Positions 36,314-45,852 are shown, counted from the stretch's first letter. The stretch: 64,000 nucleotides of DNA from an uncultured Anaerobiospirillum sp. (GCA_944390115.1 CALXOW010000011.1:431-64430), one strand, 5' to 3'. Program-made: numbers and translations. Notes: generated by a model not told the origin, from the sequence alone.

Positions 36314-36604
36314 TTAGTCAGCATTGCGATCTAACTGTCGGAGAGCATTGATAAGCTCTCTGATATCATCAAGAGGCAGACCTTCTTCTAATAACTTTTT
36401 AGCAATATTAATCCCTGATTTAATATAGGATTTTATGTATGATTCGATATAAATATCAGCGTAGGCTTCGGCATAGGCTTCAGCATAGTCCGAATCATCG
36501 GTTTTTGCTATGGCCTCATCATAGGCTTCGTCTCTGGCGTCGTCTCGGATGGCGCGAAATTTCGCTTCGTTCTTTAGAGCTGCGATAATTGAGTCGTTTG
36601 TCAT
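36314..36604 (-). CDS. Hypothetical 96-aa protein consisting of an acidic periodic segment plus an Rpn-tail-like motif
   Basis: AEAYAEAYADIYIESYIKSYIKSGINIAKKLLEEGLPLDDIRELINAL resembles the C-terminal tail of Rpn/YhgA-like proteins (compare KKMQADGFTLDAIKKYINI at 9164..10105). Confidence 0.5.
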   Translation of the reverse strand: MTNDSIIAALKNEAKFRAIRDDARDEAYDEAIAKTDDSDYAEAYAEAYADIYIESYIKSYIKSGINIAKKLLEEGLPLDDIRELINALRQLDRNAD

Positions 36605-37080
36605 CAGCCCGCGTCCCCTCTATGAGTATAATAGAACGGTTCGTTCTACGAGTTGCTAGTTGCAATGGGCCAAGCCCGCAAATATCACGTTTTCAGCAGG
36701 GATCCTTACGACTCTGTCTGATGTAGGCTATATTAGCACCAGAAGTCTACCGATGTAAAGAAGAATTTGTTAGAGTATATTTTTTTTTTGAGCAGTGCGA
36801 TTGGCGGGCAAAATTAGGCGGCCAGCTTAAAGCGAGCTGGTTAGGTGGGGCTTCCAGCTGGAGTCGAGTCGGTAGGAGGGCCGGTCCGAATGTCACGCCA
36901 GAAGCGTTAATCTACTGGAGGAGCAAAGGAGATGAGCCAACAGGGATCATCAAATCAACGATTAATCCGTGATGGCAGTTGCAACAGCTATTAACCGCAG
37001 CGCGGCTTATAATTAACGGTAGCAGTAGCCCCCTGGATTCAAGATAATGTTAACAAATCATTAATTGCAGGTGAGTAAAT

Positions 37081-37233
37081 ATGCCTAATTTTGTTGATCT
37101 TGCTCTTTTAATTATGGTGATTTTTCTGGGCTGTGCCCTTATTTATCTTGGGTATAAGTTGTTTTCACCTGTATCGAAAGAGGAACTAGAAGAGTTTAAA
37201 CAGAAATTGTCAAACGGTGGAAAATATATTTAA
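37081..37233 (+). CDS. Small (50 aa) single-pass membrane peptide
   Basis: Own translation: MPNFVDLALLIMVIFLGCALIYLGYKLFSPVSKEELEEFKQKLSNGGKYI. AGGTGAG lies upstream of the ATG. It is below the ORF-track size cut-off and sits in AT-rich islet sequence. Confidence 0.4.
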   Translation: MPNFVDLALLIMVIFLGCALIYLGYKLFSPVSKEELEEFKQKLSNGGKYI

Positions 37234-37371
37234 TATCAGATTTTAATTTGATGCGAGGTTGATGCTTGGTAGAGCTTGCAAGCCACCTCGCAAAATATGA
37301 AACGCGCTTGGGTTTCAGATAAAGATGGGGAGCCGGGGCGCGCGGCCTAGTTTTAGGGCGGAGTGGTGGTA

Positions 37372-37686
37372 CTACTCGTCGGTACCGGGAACATTGCGGA
37401 CCGGCAGATTAGGGTCTTGGAGTAGGTCGGCGTCTTCGTCCTCGTTGACCGGACGTCCGGCAATGGTGCGCTCTTCGCTGGCCCAAGCGCCTAAGTCAAT
37501 TAACTTGCAGCGCTCCGAGCAAAAAGGACGAAACGGGTTGGAGCGATCGTAGGGAATACGCTTTTTGCAGGTCGGGCAGGTCACCATCAGGGTCGCGCTT
37601 TCTTGCTTGAGCTCCTGCTCGTCGGTGTGCGCCTCGGCCACGATCTCGTCGTAGGAACCCTCAGGCAATAGGTCTTTAAGGCTCAT
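37372..37686 (-). CDS. yacG: DNA gyrase inhibitor YacG (zinc finger), with N- and C-terminal extensions
   Basis: The core [38 protein letters not shown] closely matches the YacG Zn-finger consensus. It lies directly after zapD, so the start may be the internal M34. Confidence 0.85.
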   Translation of the reverse strand: MSLKDLLPEGSYDEIVAEAHTDEQELKQESATLMVTCPTCKKRIPYDRSNPFRPFCSERCKLIDLGAWASEERTIAGRPVNEDEDADLLQDPNLPVRNVPGTDE

Positions 37687-37688
37687 TA

Positions 37689-38429
37689 TTAGCCTCCGCG
37701 TACGTAGGCTAACTCAAAGGTGATGTCGCCCACCGGTGCGCCCTTGGTGTAAGGCAGGAAGCGCACGTTGATGTTGGACTGAAAGCCACTGACTACCGGG
37801 TAGCCCCGGACATGCTCAGGGTACTTGATCTCAATGAGCTCGCATTGCTCCGAGGTCTCCTGCATAAAGCCGTTGACAGCGATGCGGGTCTGGTAATCTG
37901 AGCACAGACGCCACAGATTCAAGATGCAGGTGACCGGGATGCGGATGCTGTCGAGTTCGTGCAGCCAAGCGGTGACCGTCTCGCGCTTTTCTTCGGGCGG
38001 CAGACGCGACCAGAAGGTAAAGAGCGGGGTATCAAAGCAATTGACACCGGCCGGGGTCAAAAAGCGCGGCTTGATGCTCTCGATGATCGGGTCGTTTTGC
38101 AGTACGGTGCGCTGGCGCGTAAAGGTGTCTAAGGCCTGATGGGACGCTGAGATCTGCTTTAAGAGCTCGCTTAACAGCGTTTGATCGGCCTCAGGATAGT
38201 CTTGCCACTGCTTGAGCTTTTGGGTGAGCTTATCTAAGTCTTTGCCGATGTCGATCTTAATGGCGCCTGAGCCATCGATCAGATCGATATAGTCGATCAG
38301 ACCCCGCAGCAGACTCATCGTCTCAGCATTAGAGTTTAAACCCTTGCACTCCTCAATGCGATGGAAGATGTCCTCGAACTTGAGGTAAGTCCGAGCTTTA
38401 GGGCTTAAAGGAAAATCGTAAACGAACAT
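37689..38429 (-). CDS. zapD: Cell division protein ZapD
   Basis: 246 aa. The [16 protein letters not shown] start and overall pattern are colinear with ZapD (YacF), and coaE-zapD-yacG synteny is conserved. Confidence 0.8.
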   Translation of the reverse strand: MFVYDFPLSPKARTYLKFEDIFHRIEECKGLNSNAETMSLLRGLIDYIDLIDGSGAIKIDIGKDLDKLTQKLKQWQDYPEADQTLLSELLKQISASHQALDTFTRQRTVLQNDPIIESIKPRFLTPAGVNCFDTPLFTFWSRLPPEEKRETVTAWLHELDSIRIPVTCILNLWRLCSDYQTRIAVNGFMQETSEQCELIEIKYPEHVRGYPVVSGFQSNINVRFLPYTKGAPVGDITFELAYVRGG

Positions 38430-38538
38430 AACTGAGCTACACGACGCTGAGGCAAAGAACCAAGTGAAACAGAAACTAAAAAAAAGTTTGAGCCTTAACT
38501 CGTTTTCAAGATCCGTGCCCTAAGCTTAAGGCAGAGGT

Positions 38539-39360
38539 CTAAACCAGCGCCGCAGCGCGGGCCTGAGCTAAGTACTGCATGTGTAAGTTTAGCACGGCTT
38601 GACGTTTATCAGCTACGCACGGGCTATCGGTGCTAATGACCCCATCCGCGTGCTGGAGCTTAAAGTCCCGTGGGCACTGGCGTGTGATGATGGCAAGGGC
38701 CTGCTCTTTGCTGGCGCCATCGCGATTCATAACGCGGCTGAGCTGTAACTCGGGGTCGCAATCGACCACCAAGATCGAGTCCACGACTTGATCCCAGCCG
38801 TTTTCAAACAGCAGCGGAATATCCAAGATGACATAAGGGGCAGGATGCTCTTCACTAAAGACCACGCTCGGGTCAAGCGGGGTGTTGATGAGCTCTTGCT
38901 CTTGTAAGTAGTGGGCCTTGCGGGACTGACGTTCCTCTTTGGAGAGCGTCTCCTTGGGCTGGCTTTTGGCCTTGAGGCGGCGGGCCTCTTGGGCATTGGC
39001 TTGCTGCAAGGCGGCAGTGAGGTAATAAACCTCAGGCAGGGGCTGATGGGCGGCCACTAGGTCGCAGTACTCATTGATGAGCTGGTGAATGGCCGGATGG
39101 ATGAGCGCGTTGAGTGCGGTAAGCTCAGCCGGGTCGGCAAAAACGCGCTCACGCAGGGCGCGGCGGTTTAAGGAGCCATCGGCCTCAATCACCTCAGGGC
39201 CAAAGTGCGCCGCGATTTTCTTCAGGGTCGGGCTGCCCGGCAGCACTACCACGCGGGCAATAACGTCGCTGTCAATAATCTTGACACCGTAGACTGAAAA
39301 CAGCTTGCCGATGTAGCTTTTGCCGGTGCCAATTCCCCCGGTCAGTCCCACCTTGTACAT
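38539..39360 (-). CDS. coaE: Dephospho-CoA kinase, with an internal charged insertion of about 60 aa
   Basis: VGLTGGIGTGKSY P-loop and a C-terminal half ending in YVILDIPLLFENG...VVDC. The insertion is ALQQANAQEARRLKAKSQPKETLSKEERQSRKAHYLQEQ. Confidence 0.85.
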   Translation of the reverse strand: MYKVGLTGGIGTGKSYIGKLFSVYGVKIIDSDVIARVVVLPGSPTLKKIAAHFGPEVIEADGSLNRRALRERVFADPAELTALNALIHPAIHQLINEYCDLVAAHQPLPEVYYLTAALQQANAQEARRLKAKSQPKETLSKEERQSRKAHYLQEQELINTPLDPSVVFSEEHPAPYVILDIPLLFENGWDQVVDSILVVDCDPELQLSRVMNRDGASKEQALAIITRQCPRDFKLQHADGVISTDSPCVADKRQAVLNLHMQYLAQARAAALV

Positions 39361-39554
39361 GCTTCACCCAACAAAAAGAAAAAAGAAAAAAAATTCAAAC
39401 AGACGCTTATTATAGCGGCCTGGCGTGCAATAGGTGTCTGGGTACACCAGCGCGCATCTAGGCGCGTTAGTTGCTTAATCTTTTCACTCAGTTTGGTCCG
39501 CATGGCCGAATCTGACATAATGCATGAGTGCTGATTCAACGGGTAGGTGATGTG

Positions 39555-40217
39555 ATGTGGTGTGACCAAAACGCAAATAAGTGGCGCTCAGCTTTAAGCT
39601 TGGTGGCGGTAAGCTTTGGTGCCATGCTGGCCCTTACCGGCTGTGGCTCAACCGAGGAGTCTTTGAGTAACGCCGAAGAAGAAGTGATGCTCGTGGAAAA
39701 CGAGGCTCAAGAAGGCGCACTTAACAATCCACTGTTCATGGGGCGCATTATCTATCTGCGCGGCGAGATGAACGATTATGGCGTGCAACGCCCCTATCGC
39801 CTGCGTGAATTTGCTCCTAACACCTACTGCACCTTAGCTCCCCTGCGCTCTGATTGGTCGCCTTATCGCTTCAAGTTTGCCGATGACAAATGGACGGCCG
39901 GTACCAACTTTGGCTATGCCGTACCGCCAGCCATCATGCGTGAGGGCTCAGGTAAGGTACTGTTAAACCCGAACTCGCGCTTTGAGGAAGTGCGCTACGA
40001 GCCGCTGCAAGATGGCATTTACCGCTTCTGCATCGTGTACGAGGACACGGTGCCTTACGTCACGGTCACGCACTTAATTGATGGCAAGCTCACCTCGATG
40101 GACGAGGTGCTCAAGGCTGAAATTGAGCGTGAATTTGCCGTGGGTCCAAATCAGGCCAGCACGGCTCAGTCCAGCGCTCCTGCGGCCAGCACCGCTGAGG
40201 CGAACACAGCTGAATAA
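39555..40217 (+). CDS. Putative lipoprotein, unknown function
   Basis: Lipobox LALTGC after a hydrophobic signal segment. The start is placed at the ATG at 39555. Confidence 0.6.
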   Translation: MWCDQNANKWRSALSLVAVSFGAMLALTGCGSTEESLSNAEEEVMLVENEAQEGALNNPLFMGRIIYLRGEMNDYGVQRPYRLREFAPNTYCTLAPLRSDWSPYRFKFADDKWTAGTNFGYAVPPAIMREGSGKVLLNPNSRFEEVRYEPLQDGIYRFCIVYEDTVPYVTVTHLIDGKLTSMDEVLKAEIEREFAVGPNQASTAQSSAPAASTAEANTAE

Positions 40218-40440
40218 GCTTGGCTGACTTAAGCAGGGCCCGCCCAGTGCCTTCAGTTGCGCACCGCCTGGTGCCCTAAGCTGCGCACTACCTGGCGCCT
40301 CAATTGCGGCCAGCCGGGGTCGGCGCAGCATTTAAGCCGCGCCCAAGTGGCCCACCAGCTACTGCGGCGATTATCCCGCTTGCTGTAATTGGCAAGCAGG
40401 TGGAGCCTGATTTTGCTCCACGAATGATCAAGGAGGGCCT

Positions 40441-41367
40441 ATGACTGATGCCCAGAACCAGCAGTGCCAGCAGCTGCTGTTAGACTTTGCTGACTACTTG
40501 GTGTTAGAGCGCGGTTTGTCTGATAACACCCAAATGTCGTACTGCAACGATCTCAAGCTGTACCTGTACGATTTAGTTGAGCGGGGCGGCGATGCTGAGC
40601 ACTTTACGACTCAGGACGTAAAGGACTACATGGCCCAGCTCCATGCTGATGGACGCAGTGCCACTACGGTCAACCGCAAGCTGGCCGCGCTGCGCTTGTA
40701 CGTGCGCTTCCTCATTGCAGACAATCGCCGCAGCGATGACCCGCTGCTGAGCTTGGAGCAACTCAAGACCCGCCGGGCACTCCCTAAGGTCATGAGCGAA
40801 GAAACGGTCGCCGAGTTCTTACGGGCTCCGGACGTGGGCACGGTGGTGGGCCTGCGTGATCGCGCCATGTTTGAGCTGCTCTATGCCTGCGGCCTGCGTG
40901 TCTCGGAGCTGTGCCACCTCAAGTTTGAGGACATGCACCTTGACTCCAAGTACCTCATCATCAAGGGCAAGGGCGATAAGCAGCGCATGATTCCGATGAC
41001 GGAAACGGCTGTCGACTGGATCAAGAAGTACATCAACAGCGCGCGTCCCCACAACGATCCGGACGTGGTCAGCCCTTATGTCTTCTTGTCCCTAAAGAGC
41101 GACGAAAATGAGCAGCCTAAGCCCATCACCCGCATTGGCTTTTGGTTTCGGGTCAAGCATTACGCCGGCGAGATTGGCCTAGCCGAGGCCCCATCACCGC
41201 ACACCTTCCGTCACGCCTTTGCTACGCACCTGTTAAACCACGACGCGGACTTGCGCGCCCTGCAAATGCTCTTAGGCCACTCGTCCTTGAGCACCACGCA
41301 GATTTACACCCACGTGGCGCTGGCGCGTATGCACGACGTCTACGATAAGGCGCACCCGCGCGCCTAA
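40441..41367 (+). CDS. xerD: Tyrosine recombinase XerD
   Basis: Full-length colinearity with XerD: DFADYLVLERGLSDNT, LRDRAMFELLYACGLRVSEL, HTFRHAFATHLLNHDADLRALQMLLGHSSLSTTQIYTHV. Confidence 0.9.
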   Translation: MTDAQNQQCQQLLLDFADYLVLERGLSDNTQMSYCNDLKLYLYDLVERGGDAEHFTTQDVKDYMAQLHADGRSATTVNRKLAALRLYVRFLIADNRRSDDPLLSLEQLKTRRALPKVMSEETVAEFLRAPDVGTVVGLRDRAMFELLYACGLRVSELCHLKFEDMHLDSKYLIIKGKGDKQRMIPMTETAVDWIKKYINSARPHNDPDVVSPYVFLSLKSDENEQPKPITRIGFWFRVKHYAGEIGLAEAPSPHTFRHAFATHLLNHDADLRALQMLLGHSSLSTTQIYTHVALARMHDVYDKAHPRA

Positions 41368-42037
41368 GGGCCGCGCCCGTACCTCTCTCTCCCCAGCGGT
41401 GCGCCCCAGCGTAGGACAGGCGCACCGCGCGCAATGCTCTCTCATCCTACCCCGCGCTTAGTCTGAGCGCGGCCTCTTCTCAGGCATCCCGTCCTAACTT
41501 CATCTGCCCTCAGTCACCCTTAAACTCAGTCGAACCCGTGCGCACGGGGTGGGGTTGACAAAACGCAAAAAGTTTTTGCACCTCTTAAAACCTGATAAAT
41601 AAGCCAAATTATTCAGGAATCTGGAGAAAATCAGCCCTCCCGAGCGCGGATTGGCTATTAGAGCGGCTAAATGCGCTCAAACCGCATATTTATGCCGTTT
41701 GGTAACCTGATTGACCTCTATACAGAAATTTGGGTAGATAAGCAATCTAAAAGGTGGTGCCAAAAACTTTGCACAACGCGCCAAGCCGCATCAGATCAGG
41801 CTTTGCGGGCAATTTTGGGGGCAAAATCCCTGAAAACGTGATCGAAATCACAATTTCTTGCAAGAACCGCATGAAATAGGGCTTTCTGGCCCCTAATTCC
41901 TCCTTTTCCTTAATCCATGGACTCCGAGCGCTCAAAAACCGCAGGCTAAATTTGGAGTTAGGTCAAGCCTTTGACTTCGGGTCAGGGCTTGAGCCTTTCT
42001 TGAGCTGACATCCCTCTGGGGATAAGGAGCAGAGCCC

Positions 42038-44161
42038 ATGGCTCACCATGATTTTAACGAAGTGCCCCGCGCACAGTCCCACGCCGCGCGCGTGGCGGCG
42101 GCCCACTCGGCCGCTGAGGACGGACTTGACGTCCTGCTCGAGCCCGAGTCTGCCTTGGCGGCCGCAGACGGACTTGACATCTCATCTGAGCCTGAGTTCG
42201 CCTCGGCGTCCGAAGACGAGCTTGACCTAACGCCTGAGCCCGACCTGACCGCTGAAGATGAGGACGACCTTACGCCTGACTCTGACCAGGATGCTGAAGA
42301 CGAGTCCGACCGCGCGCCTGAGCCTGACCTGGACGTTGAAGACGAGTTTGAGCGCCGGTCTGAGTCCGAGCCCGAGTCTGAGCCGGTTTTTGACGAGTGG
42401 GTCGATATCAAGTTCGAGCCTGAGCACACTCCGGCCGCTGAAGACGTTGAGGACTTGCTGCCTGAGCTTGACCCAGCCGATGACGTTTGGGCGGACGTTC
42501 CCTCTGAGGCAAAGCCCGAGGCGGCCGCTGCTGACGAGGCTGAGCGCGCGCTTAAGCCTGCGTCTCACTTGGTGATCGAGTTTGTCGATGAGCTCCCGTC
42601 TCAGGCCAACTTTACTGCTGAAGATGACCTTACGCCTGAGTCTGATGAGAACGCGGTAGCTGACGAGAGTGCCACTCCGCTGGCGGTCGGTTCGATAACT
42701 GAGTCTGGTTGTAGTGAGGACGGGGTGGATAGTGCGGCGCAGGCGCGCTGGCAGGAGCTGCATGCGCAGCTTGGGGCGGCGGAAGCACGCATCATGGAGT
42801 ATGCGCGCTTAGGGAAGTCTCAGGACTTTATGGCGCGCGGGGCTCAGGATGAGCTCAATCCCTTTGAGCGCAAGCTTAAGGAGCAGCTGACCGTGTTCTT
42901 GCGCGAGCGCTATAACGCGCTCAATGGCGTCGCGGTCTATGGGACGGAGTATGGCGCGCTCAAGCTGAGGGTGCCTGAGCTTAAGGGCTTAACTGCGCTG
43001 ACCGTTTTGATGTTTGCGCTGGGCCATGACCTGGGTAAGCTCAAGACGAGCTTTGACTTGCGCTCGGTGCAAGGCCACAGCTTTACCGACTTTGCCGGGT
43101 CCTTGGACCAATTTCTGCGCTCTGAAAACTCACCGCGCGTCGAGGTCGTAGCGCAAGTTGGGCACAGCACTGAGCATGAGGAGCAAGCCTACGCTAAGGC
43201 CTTAGGTGAGTTTCAGCGTCAGGTCCCTGAGGTCTATGCCTATCTGGGGCGCCGCTTCAAGCTCATGCATATGGCCGCCGTGTGCCATGAGGCCTATATT
43301 CGCCGCATCCTCAAGGATAAGGATGGGGCTTTAGGGCCGATTAGCTGCAGCGGCGAGGAGTTTATCGGACCCTTAATCGCCAATGCTGACCGTATGGCCG
43401 TGGCTCTTTCCAAGGAGCGCTTAGGCAGTTACAGCTCGTGGTCGTTCTGCTCTGATTTGAGGTTTTACCTGACCCAGCGCGCGCTGCTGTGCCCTTTGAG
43501 CATCAACCACCGCTACAGCGACCTCTACGTGGCTGACTCGGATTTGATCTTGGTCGGTGACTCGCTGGCGCAGCGCGACTTGCAAGAGCTCTGTGGCTTA
43601 AGCCTGGTGCAGGGCCATGGGGCTTTGCATAAGACCTTGCGTGCGCTGGGGCACGTGGAATGTGCCTCTTGGCAGTGCCTGGTGGTTGGGGGCGACCTCA
43701 TCTACGTTAAGGCCAAGGCCATCGAGTTAAAGCGCGCCCACTTAGTTGAGGCCTACCAAGAAGTCGCGGGTGAAAAGGCCCAAACCATCATAGAGCGCAC
43801 GCCCGGCTGCGATGCCTTGCTCTTGACCCTCATCAATGCCTTAGCCCAGTACGCCTTGGACCCTAAGCTGGCGTGCACGCAGGTTCCGTCCTTTATCTCG
43901 AGCCTGACGCAAACCAGCAACGGCCAGCTTGATTGCTCCAAGGTCACGTTCTTAGGGGGCGATCTGACCAAGCTTCGGGCAGCGCTTAAGTCCCGCGTCA
44001 CGATCAAAAATGTTTTGACCTACCGCGAGCCCTTTACCAGCTTGCCCCAGCGCCTCGTGGTCGTGGGCGGACAGCGCCTCATCACTCAACCCGGCTTACC
44101 CCTGAGCTCATTTGAGCTGGAGTTGGTCTGGGAGCAACGTCCCAAGGCCACTGCGTCCTAA
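42038..44161 (+). CDS. Hypothetical 707-aa protein: ~230-aa acidic repeat region plus an HD-domain-like core resembling the second half of MOBH relaxases
   Basis: AAGGAG lies 8 nt upstream of the ATG. The acidic repeats follow (A)EDxLDxxPEPD. LMFALGHDLGKLKTSF and later LIANADRMAVALS resemble the LLHDxGK and ADxxS motifs of TraI (SXT/ICEclc type), judged from memory. Confidence 0.5.
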   Translation: MAHHDFNEVPRAQSHAARVAAAHSAAEDGLDVLLEPESALAAADGLDISSEPEFASASEDELDLTPEPDLTAEDEDDLTPDSDQDAEDESDRAPEPDLDVEDEFERRSESEPESEPVFDEWVDIKFEPEHTPAAEDVEDLLPELDPADDVWADVPSEAKPEAAAADEAERALKPASHLVIEFVDELPSQANFTAEDDLTPESDENAVADESATPLAVGSITESGCSEDGVDSAAQARWQELHAQLGAAEARIMEYARLGKSQDFMARGAQDELNPFERKLKEQLTVFLRERYNALNGVAVYGTEYGALKLRVPELKGLTALTVLMFALGHDLGKLKTSFDLRSVQGHSFTDFAGSLDQFLRSENSPRVEVVAQVGHSTEHEEQAYAKALGEFQRQVPEVYAYLGRRFKLMHMAAVCHEAYIRRILKDKDGALGPISCSGEEFIGPLIANADRMAVALSKERLGSYSSWSFCSDLRFYLTQRALLCPLSINHRYSDLYVADSDLILVGDSLAQRDLQELCGLSLVQGHGALHKTLRALGHVECASWQCLVVGGDLIYVKAKAIELKRAHLVEAYQEVAGEKAQTIIERTPGCDALLLTLINALAQYALDPKLACTQVPSFISSLTQTSNGQLDCSKVTFLGGDLTKLRAALKSRVTIKNVLTYREPFTSLPQRLVVVGGQRLITQPGLPLSSFELELVWEQRPKATAS

Positions 44162-44219
44162 ACAACTTTTGTTTGTCGCACTCAATCAAGATTTTTTCTT
44201 TTATCCGTAGGAGGATATC

Positions 44220-45488
44220 GTGGACACCACCACCACTAATACCGTGCAGGATAGCCTGCACGACACCAAGCACGACACTTTGGGTGTCACTTCCGCCGCC
44301 CAGACCACGGTGGCAACGCTGCAGCAAGAGCTGCCTCCGGCCAGCACTGAGGCGGAGCGGGCGGCGCAGCTGCGTAAGATCCACAAGCTCAAGTGCCAGG
44401 GGCACGCCACCCAGGGCGCTGTCGCGCGTTACTATCCGGTCCCAGCCGGGCGCGAAGCGGTCCCGCAGCCTACTGAAGCTGAGCGCGAGAAGATCTTCAG
44501 CTACACCCCGCCACGCGCCTGCCAAGTCAACCGCCTCGTCAAATGCATGCGCTCAGAGCGCGTCCAGGAGGTCACCGATAAGGAGGGTAATGTCGTGCGC
44601 ATTGCCCTCAAGCCGATGGCGCGTGACATGGCCTTAAACCTGAGCTTGCAGATTGAAGTGCTCAAGCCCGCTAAGCGCGCGGACTACGTCGACCAGCTGC
44701 TGAACTACTTTATGGCCCCTAACGGCTTAGGCCGCGAGGACCATCAGCGCAGCCGCGCCCTCTTAGAGCGCTTAGAGCCGCACCACATCCTGGACTTGGC
44801 GCGCAACTGTGAGCTGCCGGTCTGGCAGGACCTCATTGCCGAAGCCAATGAGGCGTGGGGCGATCCCAAAGAGGCGCAGCTCTCCCTCTATGAGAGGGAG
44901 GTCCCCGAGCGCCCTAAAGCCAAGGACGCCAACGACCTCATTGCGTGCTTAAGTGAGCGCAGCGCCTTGTTCTCTGAGCCGCTCCGTCTGGTGCTCAAGG
45001 ACTTAATCAGGATCTTGAATGACGGTCAACCGGCCAAGCTCCGCAACTTCATGGTGCCGGTGAAGGAGATGCTGACACTTAGCTCCAAGGGCATGATCGA
45101 TCGGCTCATTGAGCTGGGACAGAACTTCATTCGGGGCGCGGGCATTGATCCCCTGATTAACCCAAAGGCCTATGAGGCCGCTAATGGCGACCTGCATCAG
45201 CGCCTGCAAGCCCTCGTGATCGCCCCTAAGACCAAGAAGGCAGCTACCAAGAAGGTCAGCGCTAAGCGCGCCGCCGCCAAGGCTCAGAGCGCTGCAGTGC
45301 AGACTCAGGTCGCAACTCCGTCGGCCACACCGTCGGTCATTGCGCCAACTGCCTCGGCAGTTGAGTCAGCTCAGACTGCCAGCGCCGCTGAGTCGACCCA
45401 GGCCGCCAGCGCTGCCACCAGCCCTAACGCTGCGTCGAACGCGCCGACTGAGCAGGCCACCAGCGCCGCTGAGTCGACCCAGCCCTGA
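44220..45488 (+). CDS. Hypothetical 422-aa protein with Lys/Ala-rich and Ala/Ser/Thr/Gln-rich C-terminal tail
   Basis: AGGAGG lies 6 nt upstream of the GTG at 44220. The tail reads KTKKAATKKVSAKRAAAKAQSAAVQ. I recognise no family. Confidence 0.55.
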   Translation: MDTTTTNTVQDSLHDTKHDTLGVTSAAQTTVATLQQELPPASTEAERAAQLRKIHKLKCQGHATQGAVARYYPVPAGREAVPQPTEAEREKIFSYTPPRACQVNRLVKCMRSERVQEVTDKEGNVVRIALKPMARDMALNLSLQIEVLKPAKRADYVDQLLNYFMAPNGLGREDHQRSRALLERLEPHHILDLARNCELPVWQDLIAEANEAWGDPKEAQLSLYEREVPERPKAKDANDLIACLSERSALFSEPLRLVLKDLIRILNDGQPAKLRNFMVPVKEMLTLSSKGMIDRLIELGQNFIRGAGIDPLINPKAYEAANGDLHQRLQALVIAPKTKKAATKKVSAKRAAAKAQSAAVQTQVATPSATPSVIAPTASAVESAQTASAAESTQAASAATSPNAASNAPTEQATSAAESTQP

Positions 45489-45852
45489 CACTGCGCTGAG
45501 TGCATCGTCCGCTCAGGCGGCCCGTGCCTCTGCGGCGCCAGCGCCTCAGGGACCAACTGCGGTGCCAGCGTCTCAGGGACCAACTGCGACGCCAGAGCCT
45601 CAGGGGTTAGATCCGGCGCTGAGGGATGAGCTTGCGGCTGCGGAGCTTGAGCGCGCGGCAGCGCAGCTGGGCGCGCTAGCGCCAGAGGCCGCCCCTGATG
45701 CGGCGGAGCACTCTGGTAACAACAGCTCCGACGTGTCGGCTCAGCTGGAAGCTATGGCCCAGCGCGCTCAGGAGCAGCGGCAAAAGGAGTTGCGCCGCAA
45801 GCAACATAAAGCCGCGCGCAAGCAGCGTAAGGCCGCCCGCCACCACAAGTAG
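45340..45852 (+). other. Open +1-frame continuation overlapping the end of the 422-aa gene (possible frameshifted 3' part)
   Basis: The frame stays open for 170 codons. It has no credible own start after 45488 and ends in the basic tail RQKELRRKQHKAARKQRKAARHHK. Confidence 0.3.

Noticed and set aside
40441-41367. xerD as the integrase of the adjacent island
   Set aside because: The protein is colinear with housekeeping XerD over its full length and I saw no dif-like site. Adjacency alone is not evidence, although Xer-dependent integration cannot be excluded without a search.
42043-42763. Minus-strand ORFs of 128 and 178 aa, and plus-strand alternative-frame ORFs, within the acidic repeat region
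   Set aside because: They are repeat-driven shadow frames (Ser/Arg-rich mirror images of the Asp/Glu repeats).
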